64,000 nucleotides of DNA from Eledone cirrhosa. Lineage: Eukaryota. The notes beneath the pieces are model-generated. The model worked only from the letters and a program-made list of their open reading frames with translations. It did not search any database and was not told where the DNA came from. This document shows, one piece after another, positions 41,809 to 54,248 of the stretch. The DNA lies in contig OZ024749.1 of NCBI GenBank assembly GCA_964016885.1, forward strand, positions 32,674,001 through 32,738,000. Direction: 5' to 3'. Each line of letters starts with the position of its first letter. Position 1 is the stretch's first letter. A program made the translations under genes and the position numbers.

Positions 41809-42899
41809 CTACGTAGTAATAATAATAAGATTCTGGTAAGTAGTGGCGATCTAAGAAGGACTCAGCTAAAAGAGATAAGGAGATATACTATTTAATCAAT
41901 AAAATAAATGTTTCTGATTATCATATTTTTTCAGTTAAAAAAAAAGCGCAGACTGGGTACAAGACTGTATCACGATGCTTGTAGTAAATCACTATTTCTA
42001 TTTAAGCTAATTTAAAATATAAGAAATATTTATATCTTACCTTAAAAATATTTCTGTTTAATAACTGATAGGTAAATTCAGCTGATGGTTACTTACAAAG
42101 TTAAAATACCGACTCGGAAATCATTAGCGGTCATAGACTCATTGAGTGTGAATATTTCAATGAGCGAAACGTGAAAAACTATTCCCGTTTCTACTTTTGC
42201 ATGTCACCCAAGGCATTTGATTGTTATGGATTTCTAAAATTAGTATTATTCTTATTTAAGAAAGCAGCTATTTTTAGATTAATATAAAAATAGATTTATA
42301 GCTTATATTTCTAATCAAAATCGATTTCAAAAATTTTGAAATGAATTAAAATATAAAAAGGATAAGGAGATTTTTTAAAATATTGGATTGTCCATTCAAA
42401 ATGTGCTTTCAAATATATTTCTTTCAGATTGAAATATATATTTAAGTGGACCTCCGTCGGTTTCGTGAAATTAACATGTAAGTGGCTAAACATTCCACAA
42501 GCATGCGTAAAGTTAACGCAATTCTCAGTGAGATTCTGCGTGGCACAGTGTATGGCAAAGCTGGTCCTTTAAATTATAGGTATAGTCTATTTGACGGGCT
42601 TCCAAACAGTCTGCGTCTACCTAATTCCATTCAAAAGGCATGGGTCAACTAGGAGGGTTTGTGATAATTAACACGTTCCCAAAAAGCTACGCAGTGGGAC
42701 CAAACTCCTTAAGTATTCTGGATTCACAGAGAGGGTGGGGGGTGAGAAAGAGATAGAGATAGAGATAAAGAGAGAGAGATAAGGAGAGAGAAATACATGC
42801 ATACATAGTGGAAGCCAACTCATGTCCAAGTAGAGCCATTTCTTAGAATCCCCCAAAAACAACAACAAAAGGCATTGACATGTTTTTGATGTTGCTGTC

Positions 42900-43790
42900 G
42901 TTGATGCCACCTTAGATGGCTCGTCAAACCAGGAAGTAACATTTATGCCATACCACACAGTGTGCAATTAAATGTCCCACCTGCTTGGGTCTGGTTAGCA
43001 AGGCATGCCTTGTGGTGGTGCCATGTTAGCCCACTTACAGAATGACACATTTTGTTGCAGATGCCACATGCAAAATAAAGGTGTATGGGGTACTCAAATG
43101 TATTATATCCATAAGTATGACGTCTGCTATGGCTTAGTATTCCAGCCTTTAACATACATACATGTCCACATCCCTCACAGGTAAGAATCTCTTTTGAACC
43201 CCTTTTTGGGAGCGGACTAAAATCCCTTGTATATTTAACTCCTCCCTTCATTTCAGTATAGGCCCTCATCTCATCTTCTTTTCAAATTCTTTGACACCAG
43301 TAGCAATTAGATTTCACCATTGGGCTCTGTCTGTTGCAATATTTTCCTATGTTTTGGTGTTGATGTTGACCTTCAGGGTACCTTTCAAACAGTCTTTAAA
43401 GCGCTTGTTTGGCTTACACTGCAGGTGTTAGCCTTGCAATACTTGTTTTGTGAGTCTACTGTTCTCTTGGCATACTATCTGATCTGACCACCAGAGACAC
43501 TGTTTCATGATCAAGGTCACAATGTTTAACAGACAGGCCCATGCAGCACAATAGTGTCAGACATCTTGAATATATAGTACAAGCATTGTTGGTGGAAACG
43601 TTTGAGGCACTGAATATTCTCACAGTATGTTGTCCATCTCTCACATCACTACTGCAAGTCTGTAAGCACATGTTTGATACACTTCAACTTTCATGTGCTC
43701 TCAGATAACTGACTGTGACCAGGGGCACTTCTTTAGCTTACCAAAAGCATTGGAGGCTTTAGACAATTGGTAGCTTACCTCTGCAGTTTT
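42900..43790 (-). mobile_element. degenerate RTE (BovB-type) 3' region with C-terminal C2H2 fingers
   Basis: KASNAFGKL, KRFKDCLK, ATDRAQW, CEGCGHVC...SHSRRH. Confidence 0.75.
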
Positions 43791-44327
43791 AATACGCCGC
43801 CTTAACCAGCTAAATATCCCACTCACCTCTTCCATGTTCAACTTGCAAACTCGTTTCCCTCTCCACTTTTCACACTCATGATACATGTCTCCTCTCCTGT
43901 TCAACCCATGAAAGCTGGACATGCTCCACATCTGATTTCTTGCAATGCTGCTGCCACAACAAAAAAGCACATAGTATAAACTGTATGGTGATCTGGTGCC
44001 ATAACAAAAGCACCCATTCCACTCTGTAAGGTGGTTGTGCTGGTGACATGACAATAGGCACCTAGTCCACCTTGTATAGTGACATGAGAAAATAAAGCAC
44101 CAAGTCCACCCTGCAAGGTGGTTGTACTGGTGATACAAGAAAAAGCACCCTGTCTACCCTGTAAGGTGGTTGTACTGGTGATACAAGAAAAAGCAGCCAG
44201 TCGTAGAAACCAAGCCAAAATATAGATCTGTATGAGCATGAAGTGGTCACCTGATCTGATTTGTTTCATAATGTGACAACCTGCCTAACTCATCATCATC
44301 ATGAGGAGGGGGGGGGGGGGGGGGTCA

Positions 44328-44497
44328 TTAGAAAATGTAGGAATTGCAATCATAGAAAATGACTGTAACAGTTGATTGCTATAAATAAATAGCTTAGAAA
44401 ATTGAACAAAATAGTTCTAGAGACGGATTACTATTATTTATAGCAATGGACTGTTGTTACAGTAATTTTCTGCGTTTGGGATTCCTACATTTTCTAA
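44328..44497. mobile_element. small foldback/MITE
   Basis: TTAGAAAATGTAGGAAT/ATTCCTACATTTTCTAA and imperfect ~70-bp arms. Confidence 0.6.
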
Positions 44498-45779
44498 GGA
44501 ATTTCAAATTACCCAGCGCTTCGATGGTTTATATTAAAAAATAATTAGGAATATATTAAAATGGGTCAGAAAAGTGTCGGAACAAATAAAGTAGAAGTGA
44601 AACAGAAATATTACAACAAAGTAATGGGTTTTGTGAAGTATTACAAATGCTGATACATAGGAGAGCTGAGAGTCAAGTTGAAAGATATAAAACATGAATA
44701 AAGTCACCGAAGAGCAAGGGAAGTAACTCTCAATATCATAGCTAACACGGTAAAGCATTGGGGGGTGGGGAGCTGTTAAAGGCAGAATTCTATTTGGTAT
44801 CTTAATTAGAGAGACTCAGCAGATGTTGAAAAAGGGCAAAGATAAAATTGAAAGCCAGTCAAATTTATAATCAGTACTGTTTTTTAAAAGATGTACACAA
44901 ACGTAGTTTCGTTGTGACAATAATTTAACCACAGTGAACATTTTCTGAGAAGGTCGCTTGTTTATACCGAGTACCAATAAAATATAGTTTCTGTTACAAA
45001 GATTTTGACAGAGTCGCTAGAGCATAAGATAAATGTTTAGCAGTATTTGTTCTGTTTTTTTTTTACCTTCTGAGTTCAAATCCCTAAAGGGTTGATAAAA
45101 TAAAGTACCAGTAACGCACTGGGATTGATTTAATCGAATTTCTCTAACAACAACAACAACAACAACCCACCCACCCCCACCCCCCAAAAAAAATTACGGG
45201 CCTTGTACCTAAGTCAGAAACCATTATTAGTATTATTAAATCAACTAGCCACTCTTTTCAGGATAATTTCCAGAAATCCCTGGCATTTCAAGGAAGCCTG
45301 TGCTCTACTGAAGCAGGTGGAGAAGTTTGGGTATCTCTGGGCTGTTTTCACGAGTGATGGAAGGCAGAAGGCTGAATTAAGTGCAAGAATTGCATGAGCT
45401 GATGCAGTAATGTGCCAGCTTCAGTATTCAGTCATCAGAAGAAAGCAGGTAACAATGTCTTCTCCCCATGATATGGCAGATCCAGTTTTTTTCTTTGTTC
45501 TCTCGTTTCTTCCTTTCTCTCCTCTTTTCTCGCCCTCTGACATTTTCTTTTTCTTTTCTCTCTCTTCTTCTTGTTTTCTTGTTAGTGTTTTTGTGTCTTT
45601 TGTTGCTGTTGTTGGCTTGTGAGTCATTTTGGGTTGCTGCTAGAACTAAAGGTGGTGGTTGGTGTTGGTGTTGGTGTTGGTGTTGGTGTTGGTGTCTGGT
45701 GTCTGGTGTCTGTGGCTGTGTTTACCCCCTTTTTTTCTCTCACATACAGGTTCCACAAAGTGTTGTCCATAGCCTTTCT

Positions 45780-46720
45780 TTAACAACAGTTTCCAAAAGT
45801 AGGTTTCTACTGACCTTGCTAGGGTAGCCTTGTATCTGTCGTGAAACTGACCACATCACAGCCCTCTCATCTCGTGACCCCCAATACCCACCTTCCACTT
45901 CTCTATCATACCCATGCATGCTGTATCTTTCTGATACGCAGAACACCCAAGGGTCATAGGACTTGGAAAAAACACCTCCATCATCTGTCACCACCTCTCT
46001 GTCTCAGGTAACATTTTACATTGCGGATCCCCAGCCATTCACACCAGGACTGAGCAGAACTTAATTTGTCACCTTGGAACCTCTTTCCTGAATGGACTCA
46101 ATTCTCCCCCTCCCCCCCCACAGTTCGTATAACATCTTTTTATCCTTGCTCTCACACAAACACATGTGCACACACACACATGTATGCACGCGGCTCCAAC
46201 CACCACAGCAACACAGACATTCACTTTCACATCATTATATACCACACAACATGCTTTATATACCTCTGCACACATATAACCATCAAATTCCTAATCACAC
46301 ACATGCATATCCACCCTATTGCACAATATTTAGTCTTTCATGTACACCACATGCATACACACTCATACAGTTGCATCATATATATATATATACATCTGCT
46401 TCCACGGTCATTATAACAGCACCTACTCCACTCCCATCACCTTCACTCCTCCTATGCATTTAGATACATGCACATATACTGACCAACATTTCCTCAAAAT
46501 GGCTGACTCAACACACACATGCATTTTCTTCCCCGATTTTTTCTGACTTTTCCTCTTTTCCCTTTCCTCTATCTTTCAATTTTTCATTCTGATGAAGGAC
46601 TATAATCTGAAAACTCTTTTCCACTATATCAAGCATTAAATTAGTATATATCTTCATTGTACTGTATTATTTGCTTTGTTTTTTTTTCGTTTACTTTTCA
46701 CAAAAGCCATAATACACATA
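45780..46720 (+). mobile_element. decayed Penelope-like element 3' end (GIY-YIG endonuclease remnant + 3'UTR)
   Basis: 46052-46102 encodes EQNLICHLGTSFLNGLN, matching the PLE GIY-YIG C-terminal pattern EQxLIxxLGTxxPxGLN; degenerate CTGATGA-AGGA..TCT-GAAA at 46589-46612. Confidence 0.65.
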
Positions 46721-46844
46721 TATATATGTGTGTGTTTACTTATGTTCTAAGTAGAAAAGTGGCAGTGACTTTGAAGTTATTGCCACTGTTCAACTTTGAG
46801 AATAAATTTCTATACTCCATCCACCAATATTGAATGTTCATTGA

Positions 46845-46952
<108 letters not shown>

Positions 46953-47080
46953 TTCAGAATATTTCTGAATAATATTAATAACTCCAGAAAACCTCTTTGG
47001 AGAGTACTTTTAATCTATTGTAAAACTATATTCATTGAGTATTCAATGAACCATATTAATCTTTGGTATATATATATATA

Positions 47081-47393
47081 TAATATATAAGATCAAAATA
47101 TGGTTAAAAGAGTTCCATGTATTTTATTATGCGCATTTCAAAAACAAATATCATCATGCAATAACATTTGCGTTTTCATCAGATAAAATAGGGAGACATG
47201 ATATGAAGGTTAAAACACACTTGTGAATAGTGCAGTTTTAAATCAACATGATATTGTGTTTTAACCTTCATATCATGTCTCCCTATTTTATCTGATGAAA
47301 ACGCAAATGTTATTGCATGATGATATTTGTTTTTGAAATGCACATAATAAAATACATGGAACTCTTTTAACCATCTTTTGACCTTATATATTA
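47081..47393. mobile_element. Penelope-like-derived inverted-repeat element carrying hammerheads
   Basis: 139-bp arms (3 mismatches seen), 35-nt spacer 47220-47254, abuts (TA)n. Confidence 0.75.
47284..47354 (+). ncRNA. type I hammerhead ribozyme motif (mirror copy on - strand at 47120-47190)
   Basis: stem I TATTTTAT/ATAAAATA; CTGATGA 47292-47298; 16-bp stem II with four G.U pairs and one mismatch; GAAA 47335-47338; stem III ATGCACAT (perfect palindrome ATGCGCAT in the mirror copy); AUA triplet. Confidence 0.8.
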
Positions 47394-47483
47394 TTATTTA
47401 TACTCCAGTCCTACAAACTGTAGAGTGCTACTTATCCGATATCTACATTGCTTTATTGTACTACAATAAAACTCACCTCCTAC

Positions 47484-47554
<71 letters not shown>

Positions 47555-47730
47555 TTACGCTAAACTCTGTCAGTTGCAGACTACACATCAACATGAGATA
47601 TTTTTCTCCACCTCTGTTACCTTAAATAAATGTTGATACTTATGCTTATCTAGCCTCCCATATTATGTATCCTCCTAATGTTCTTGTGACAAACTTTTGA
47701 TATTATATTTGTGTTTGACTTTTGTTAACA

Positions 47731-47775
47731 ACTCTGATGATTTTGGCTTTGTGCTAGGATGAAACGATTGGCAGT
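47731..47775 (+). ncRNA. degenerate hammerhead motif
   Basis: ACT-CTGATGA-TTTTGGC/GCTAGGA-T-GAAA-CGATTG-GC-AGT; the conserved U16.1 is replaced by G. Confidence 0.5.
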
Positions 47776-47911
47776 GATTAAATGTTTGAAAGTTTAAACA
47801 CTCTTTAATTGTCATTTACATTATATATATATATATGTGTGTATATATATATATATATATAGATATAGATAGGTAAATATACACGGGTGTGTATGATTGT
47901 GTATAGAAGAT

Positions 47912-48302
47912 TATATTAATAAGAGGAATTCCAACTTTGTCTGATTTACTCGTTTTATTTACAATCCTTTAAAATATATAATGGTATTATAATGAAATAG
48001 TATGATAGAATATTAAATTCTAAGTGTTAATTGAACAAGTACTTTCATGCTTTCGCAATCTTCAGGTTCATAATATGTGGTGACAGTTGAGTTTGCAATT
48101 TTCAACTGTTGAAAATTGCAAACTCAACTGTCACCACATATTATGAACCTGAAGATTGCGAAAGCATGAAAGTACTTGTTCAATTAACACTTAGAATTTA
48201 ATATTCTATCATACTATTTCATTATAATACCATTATATATTTTAAAGGATTGTAAATAAAACGAGTAAATCAGACAAAGTTGGAATTCCTCTTATTAATA
48301 TA
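47912..48302. mobile_element. 391-bp palindrome carrying hammerheads
   Basis: arms appear identical around a single central T at 48107; ends in (TA)n. Confidence 0.75.
48144..48182 (+). ncRNA. minimal type I hammerhead ribozyme motif (mirror copy on - strand at 48032-48070)
   Basis: stem I TGAAC/GTTCA; CTGAAGA; stem II TGC-GAAA-GCA closed by U.U; GAAA; palindromic stem III AGTACT; CUU triplet. Confidence 0.7.
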
Positions 48303-48865
48303 TATATATATATATATATATATAGACCTACATTCTCAGTATTTGCTATGAAAACTTTTGCTATTTCTGGATAAAAGCCATCTGACATTCTTCTATGTCC
48401 AAGTTATAGTTTTTGATGAAATATCAATAACATTTCAAGATGTATTTAAATCAATGATAAATGTAATTTACCATTCTGTGATTTTAATGTCAGCAAAACT
48501 GATTATAGAAATGTCAAATGACTGTACACAGAAAATGGCTGATGGAAATAATTCAAAGAGAAAAATTGGTGCCGAGCTGTTTGTCGTTTGCTTTTTTTCT
48601 CCCCAAGAGGTAATTCAGCTGTGGGTTGTTTCCTAAATGCACTTATTGAAGGCAAACAAGAAAACAATTATTTTTATTTCTTAATGTAACCCTCAGGAAA
48701 AATAGGAGATATTGTATATCCGACAAATTTCTGTAGCTTCCATCTTCCTAAAATTCTTCCACATGGACTGAGGTGACCCATTAAAAGAACTTGCCTAAAA
48801 TACTGTGCAATTGGATCGAAACTGGAACCTTGTATCTGTGATGTTAAATTCTTAATCACATGTAT

Positions 48866-49280
48866 GGAGGCACATGGCTTAGTGGTTAGAGCATTGACCT
48901 TGCAATCGAAAGGTTGTGAGTTCAATTCTCAGACCGGGTGATGTGTTGTTTCCTTGAGCAAGACACTTTATTTCACATTGCTCCAGTTTACTCAGCTGTA
49001 GAAATGAGATGATAGGGACTGGGGTCCTTATCATTCCACTGCAAAGTGGTCGTGGAGGTGCCACGGCAAAAAAGCACCCAGCACTCACTGTAAATGAGGT
49101 TGGTGTTAGGAAGGGCATCCAGCTGTAGAAATGAGATGATAGGGACTGGGGTCCTTATCATTCCACTGCAAAGTGGTCGTGGAGGTGCCACGGCAAAAAA
49201 GCACCCAGCACTCACTGTAAATGAGGTTGGTGTTAAGAAGGGCATCCAGCTGTAGAAATCATGATGATGATGATGATGAT
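48866..49280 (+). mobile_element. tRNA-derived SINE family A (copies ~1905-2250 -, 6150-6487 -, 9527, 20275-20585, 29010, 56615, 58741-59100)
   Basis: A-box TGGCTTAGTGG, B-box GAGTTCAATTC, CORE-like CCTTGAGCAAGACACTT, RTE-derived 3' part, (GAT)n tail. Confidence 0.85.
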
Positions 49281-49531
49281 GTTTATGTATGTAACTACGA
49301 CGCTAAATTCTTAACCATGATGTCTATAGACGTAAATATAGATACAAAGAAAAAAGCTCCAAACCAAATTGATACAAAAACTGCGTACATGCTATGGACA
49401 TTGTATAGTATTTTGAAAGCTCCCATGGGATACATTTGAAACACTCATTTCATTATTCAGTATCTCGGTCAATGCGTCTCCAAATACATTTAGCTTCTCT
49501 ACTCTTCATAATAGCTTATATAACTAAATGG

Positions 49532-49748
49532 TACATACAAACATACATATATATACATACATACATACTTACATACATTCATACATACATTCACACACAC
49601 ACACATACATACATACACACACACACATACATACACACATACATACATATATATACAAACATACATATATACATACATACATACATACTTACATACATTC
49701 ATACATACATTCACACACACACACATACATACATACACACACACATAC

Positions 49749-49791
<43 letters not shown>

Positions 49792-50083
49792 TACATACAT
49801 ATATATACAAACATACATAACATACATACATACATACTTACATACATTCATACATACATTCACACACACACACATACATACACACACACATACATACATA
49901 CACACACACACACATACATACATATATACATACATACATACATACATACATACTTACATACATTCATACATACATACACACACACACACATACATACATA
50001 TATACATACATACATACATACATACATACTTACATACATTCATACATACATACACACACACACACACATACATACACACACAT

Positions 50084-50120
<37 letters not shown>

Positions 50121-50203
50121 TATACACACATACATACATATATACATACATACATACTTACATACATTCATACATACATACACACACACACATACATACA
50201 CAC

Positions 50204-50234
<31 letters not shown>

Positions 50235-50277
50235 TATACACACACATATATACATACATATATACATACATATATAT

Positions 50278-50309
<32 letters not shown>

Positions 50310-50346
50310 GTGTGTGATATATATATATGTATGTATATATATATAT
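49532..50346. repeat. compound (CATA)n/(CA)n microsatellite
   Basis: direct inspection. Confidence 0.95.
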
Positions 50347-51349
50347 AATCACTCAAAGACAACTTTGTAACATTAACATTAGAATAATAGTTATAAAAAA
50401 ACAAAAATACAAAAAACGATTGAAAAATAAACAAAAGTTAATTATTTTCATGAGTCGGCCATTTCCCATTGTTAGATGTTAGTTTCCTTTCTCTAAAAGT
50501 ATAAAATTACTGTTGTCAGATAATTTGTTAAAGGTCAAATACAGGTTGACTTGACCTTCGGATTAGGATATACAATGGAATAATCTGGAAAGCAAGGAAA
50601 TATCTAACCATCTGTTCTGGGACTAATCAATAAAAAGGGCAGTGGATTGGCAGTATTGGTAGAGCTTCAGACACCATGTTTTACAGCATAGAGTTATGTT
50701 CCTTTACGTTCCGAGTTTAAATCCCACTGAGGTTAGCTTTGTCTTTCATCCTTACAGGGTTGATAAAATAAAGTACCAGTAATGCACTGGGGAAATTGCT
50801 GGCCTTGTGCCGCGTAAAGTAGAAATAATTAATGAAAACAACTTCAAGAAACTAGAACCCCCCCCCCCCCCACACACACACACACACACCCACACACACA
50901 CATACCTACACAAAATCAAGATTGTTTGTGATGGAATTAATGGACCTCAGTCAGTTTTCATGATGAGTTTCCCAGTTGTTCGATCAATGGAATAGTCAGC
51001 CTGTTCGTGATATTAACGAGTAAGTGGCTGAGCATTCCACAGACATGTGTACATTTAACACAACATAATTTTCAAGGAGGTTTAGTGTGACACATTGTGT
51101 CACAAGACATGACCTTTGAATTGATGGTACAGTACATTCCACGGGCTTCCACATAGTTTCTGTCCACACAAAAAAATGTCATTCCCTTGACATACTTTCG
51201 CCTGAGGCTAGTGTAAATAACACTTGCCCAACATACCACACAGTGGTATTGAACCTGGGACCTAATGATTAAGAGACAAACCTCTTAACCATTTATCCAT
51301 ACTGTGTCCACTAAAATTAATGATGTTTGATATACAGTCTGATATATAA

Positions 51350-51870
51350 CAGTGACAGTATCAATTCTACATGTTTTTGTCATTGACAATGTGAACTATG
51401 CATGTTTCCATCATTGACAGTATCAACTCTACATGTTTAAGTCATTTACAGTGTCAACACTACATGTTTCGGTCATTGACAGTATCAACTCTACATGTTT
51501 CGGTCATTGACAGTATCAACTCTACATGTTTAAGTCATTTACAGTGTCAACTCTACATGTTTAAGTCATTTACAGTGTCAACACTACATGTTTCGGTCAT
51601 TGACAGTGTCAACACTACATGTTTAAGTCATTTACAGTGTCAACACTACATGTTTCGATCATTTACAGTGTCAACACTACATGTTTCGGTCATTGACAGT
51701 ATCAACTCTACATGTTTCAGTCAACACTACATGTTTTGGTAATATAACCGTGATAGTGTCAACTCTACATGTTTCAGTCAGCTGTACATGTTTCAGTCAA
51801 CCCTACATGTTTTGGTCATTGACAGTGTCAAATCTACATGTTTCAGTCAACTTGACATGTTTTGGTCATA
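51350..51870. repeat. 31-bp minisatellite
   Basis: ACAGTATCAACTCTACATGTTTCGGTCATTG variants. Confidence 0.93.
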
Positions 51871-52402
51871 TAAAGTGTAGTCTGGTAGTAACTGCGTCAT
51901 CTTTGACTGACTACAGAAGTAGAGACCTTTCTTCAATGGACACTGAATATTAATTAAGAGAATGACAGGCAAAGAAAATACCCTGGATGCCCGACCTGCC
52001 CACTCTCCCGGAGTTTTATTTACGCCCTAACCCTAACCCCAACTCTAACTCTAACCTCAACCCGACCCTAACCCTAACCCCGGAGGATAGGGAGAAAATC
52101 AGAGGGTCATCCCTCTTCTCCCTCTCTTTTCCATGAAAAATTTCTTTGCACCATATTAGGAAATAAGTTTAATTGATAGCATATGAAAAAACCGAGGCAA
52201 AAATTCTTTCCCACTGAAACCAGTAGGGGAGACTTTCTATAATAATACCCTTCTGATGTTTCATGTATTTTAAATGAATTTGGTTTTCAAAGCCATTGGA
52301 AATGTTTTGCATTTTGTTTTGTTTTGCTAACCCTCCACCAAACCTTCATAAATTACTTGTTTTCTGTGGTTCTTTCACCTGAGAACTTCTGGTTCCCACC
52401 AG

Positions 52403-52597
52403 GACATTCTGCCACCACCATTAATTGACAACTAAAGTGTGTGTGTGGTGGTGGTGGTGGTGTGGGTGTGGGTGTGTGTGTTTGCTTAACTGAAAATAAG
52501 ACATTCTGCCACCACCACTAATTGACAACTAAAGTGTGTGTGTGGTGGTGGTGGTGGTGTGGGTGTGGGTGTGTGTGTTTGCTTAACTGAAAATAAT
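52403..52597. repeat. 97-bp tandem duplication
   Basis: GACATTCTGCCACCACCA at 52403 and 52500. Confidence 0.9.
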
Positions 52598-53192
52598 AAT
52601 AAATAAACAAATAAATTCCTGAATTTTATGTTTTTCCTATTATCTTTGATGGTTTTTTTTAACTAATATGGCCTAAGGGTGAACTATTGAAACGTAGGGT
52701 TGGGGGTGAATGCTATCCAGTACACAGCCTCCTCCTTCTTATCAGGCCAGAACTATGAGTTTCTATAAAAGCTCAATGGTAAAGAGTGGGAACAAATCAG
52801 GCTTCTTTTTTAAACCTTGATTTGTTAAAACTAATGTAATAATAATAATTGCAGGAACCATGAATTGCAGGAAATCATGAATTGAATGAAACTTTAAAGC
52901 AAGCAGAAGAAACAGGATACATGACAAGTTTAACCTTCTGGAAGAATTCGGTGACTTAAATCAACATTTCTTTTTGTTGTTTTGTTGTTTCAATTAGCAT
53001 GTGACTGCTAAGAGAAAATAAGGCGAAATCTGGGAACCAATGAGAATGTTACCAATTACAACTAATTGAAGTATAAATTGTTCTTGAGAAATATTTTTAT
53101 TCAAAAATTGAGTGGATTTCTTTGAATAAATATTCTTTGTTGCTCTTGTAATAAATTTAACAGAAAAAGCTAGGATAACACCCAAGATAAAG

Positions 53193-53297
53193 ATGATAAC
53201 CAAACATTTATATTCCCGGTGGATATGTTTTCTTGCCTTGCTATTTGTTAGTGAGGTTTTTGACCAGACACAAGCTATTGTCTACGAGGAAGCTCAG
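53193..53297 (+). CDS. secreted Cys-rich Argos/giant-lens-like protein, coding exon 1 (signal peptide)
   Basis: MITKHLYSRWICFLALLFVSEVFDQTQAIVYEEAQ then CAG/GTAAGT; 105 nt, phase 0. Confidence 0.78.
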
Positions 53298-53891
53298 GTA
53301 AGTGAGGCTGCATGTAAAATAAATTGAAAATAAACATATTTTATTTTATTTTAAAACAATTATTTTTCTAAAGTCAACCTAATATAGATTATTAGTTAGA
53401 ATTTGTTTAGCCCAAAGCCATCCTTTGTAGAGTAGACATATGATCAAATGAGTTCTAGCCATAACAATCCTGTCTTTTCTTCAGTGAATCATTAGCTAAT
53501 GTGTCCTTCGGGTGTGATTTGAAGGATATTTTGTTATTTCAAACAGGTTGAGCAATCACGTACAGGTTCTCCGGCTGGGCCGCAGATAGATTTGGCAACA
53601 CAATGTAATACAATTTTGTTGAAAGCTATTAAATATGGTTTATATATGCATATATTAAAACAATTTAAAATCATTCATTTTTTCAAGTTCAAAATTGAAA
53701 GTATTATCACTAAATATGGTCAACATTAATGGTTAAAATCAGTAGCGATTACATTTTTATAACTTACGCCTTAATAGCAACCTAATCCAAATTATATATA
53801 TAACCAAAAGTTTATATGGTTCGTTGATTATTCAACGAGTTCAATTTTACAATAGATTAGAAGCACTCAACTGAAATTTATCTGGAGTATC

Positions 53892-54248
53892 TATAATATT
53901 ATTCAAAAATTAATAAATGAGAAATATTATCATAACCAAAGTATATATTTTATTATACATATTTCAAAGGTACAACTTCCTTTCTATATTTCTTTGTTGC
54001 TTTACGTCTTCTTCTCTAAGTTTATCATATTATTTGTGGTATATAAATGTTGTGAGTTGGGGAAATAACTTACTACCACTACAGGGATTGAAAGTTCCTT
54101 AGGGGTATGTCGTATAACCAATCTCTTATATATTTTATCTGATGAAAACGTACTGAAACACCATTGTACCTTTGAAATATGTATAATAAAATATATACTT
54201 TGGTTATGATAATATTTCTCATTTATTAATATTTTGAATAAAATTATA
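53892..54248 (+). mobile_element. Penelope-like element with an inverted partial copy
   Basis: 53892-53975 is the reverse complement of 54164-54248; full hammerhead only on the right; ends in (TA)n. Confidence 0.7.
54127..54197 (+). ncRNA. minimal type I hammerhead ribozyme motif
   Basis: 12-bp stem I TATATATTTTAT/ATAAAATATATA; CTGATGA 54139-54145; stem II AAAcGTAC/GTACcTTT; GAAA 54174-54177; near-palindromic stem III ATATGTAT; AUA cleavage triplet. Confidence 0.8.

Noticed and set aside
48866-48940. tRNA genes
   Set aside because: A/B boxes continue into SINE bodies in many diverged copies; these are SINE heads
49436-50434. Long His/Thr/Tyr/Ile-rich ORFs
   Set aside because: Translations of (CATA)n/(CA)n microsatellite; the same applies to YIYI ORFs such as 58819-59614
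52994-53203. Hydrophobic 69-aa minus-strand ORF
   Set aside because: Non-ATG start and antisense to the 5'UTR/first coding exon of the better-supported plus-strand gene
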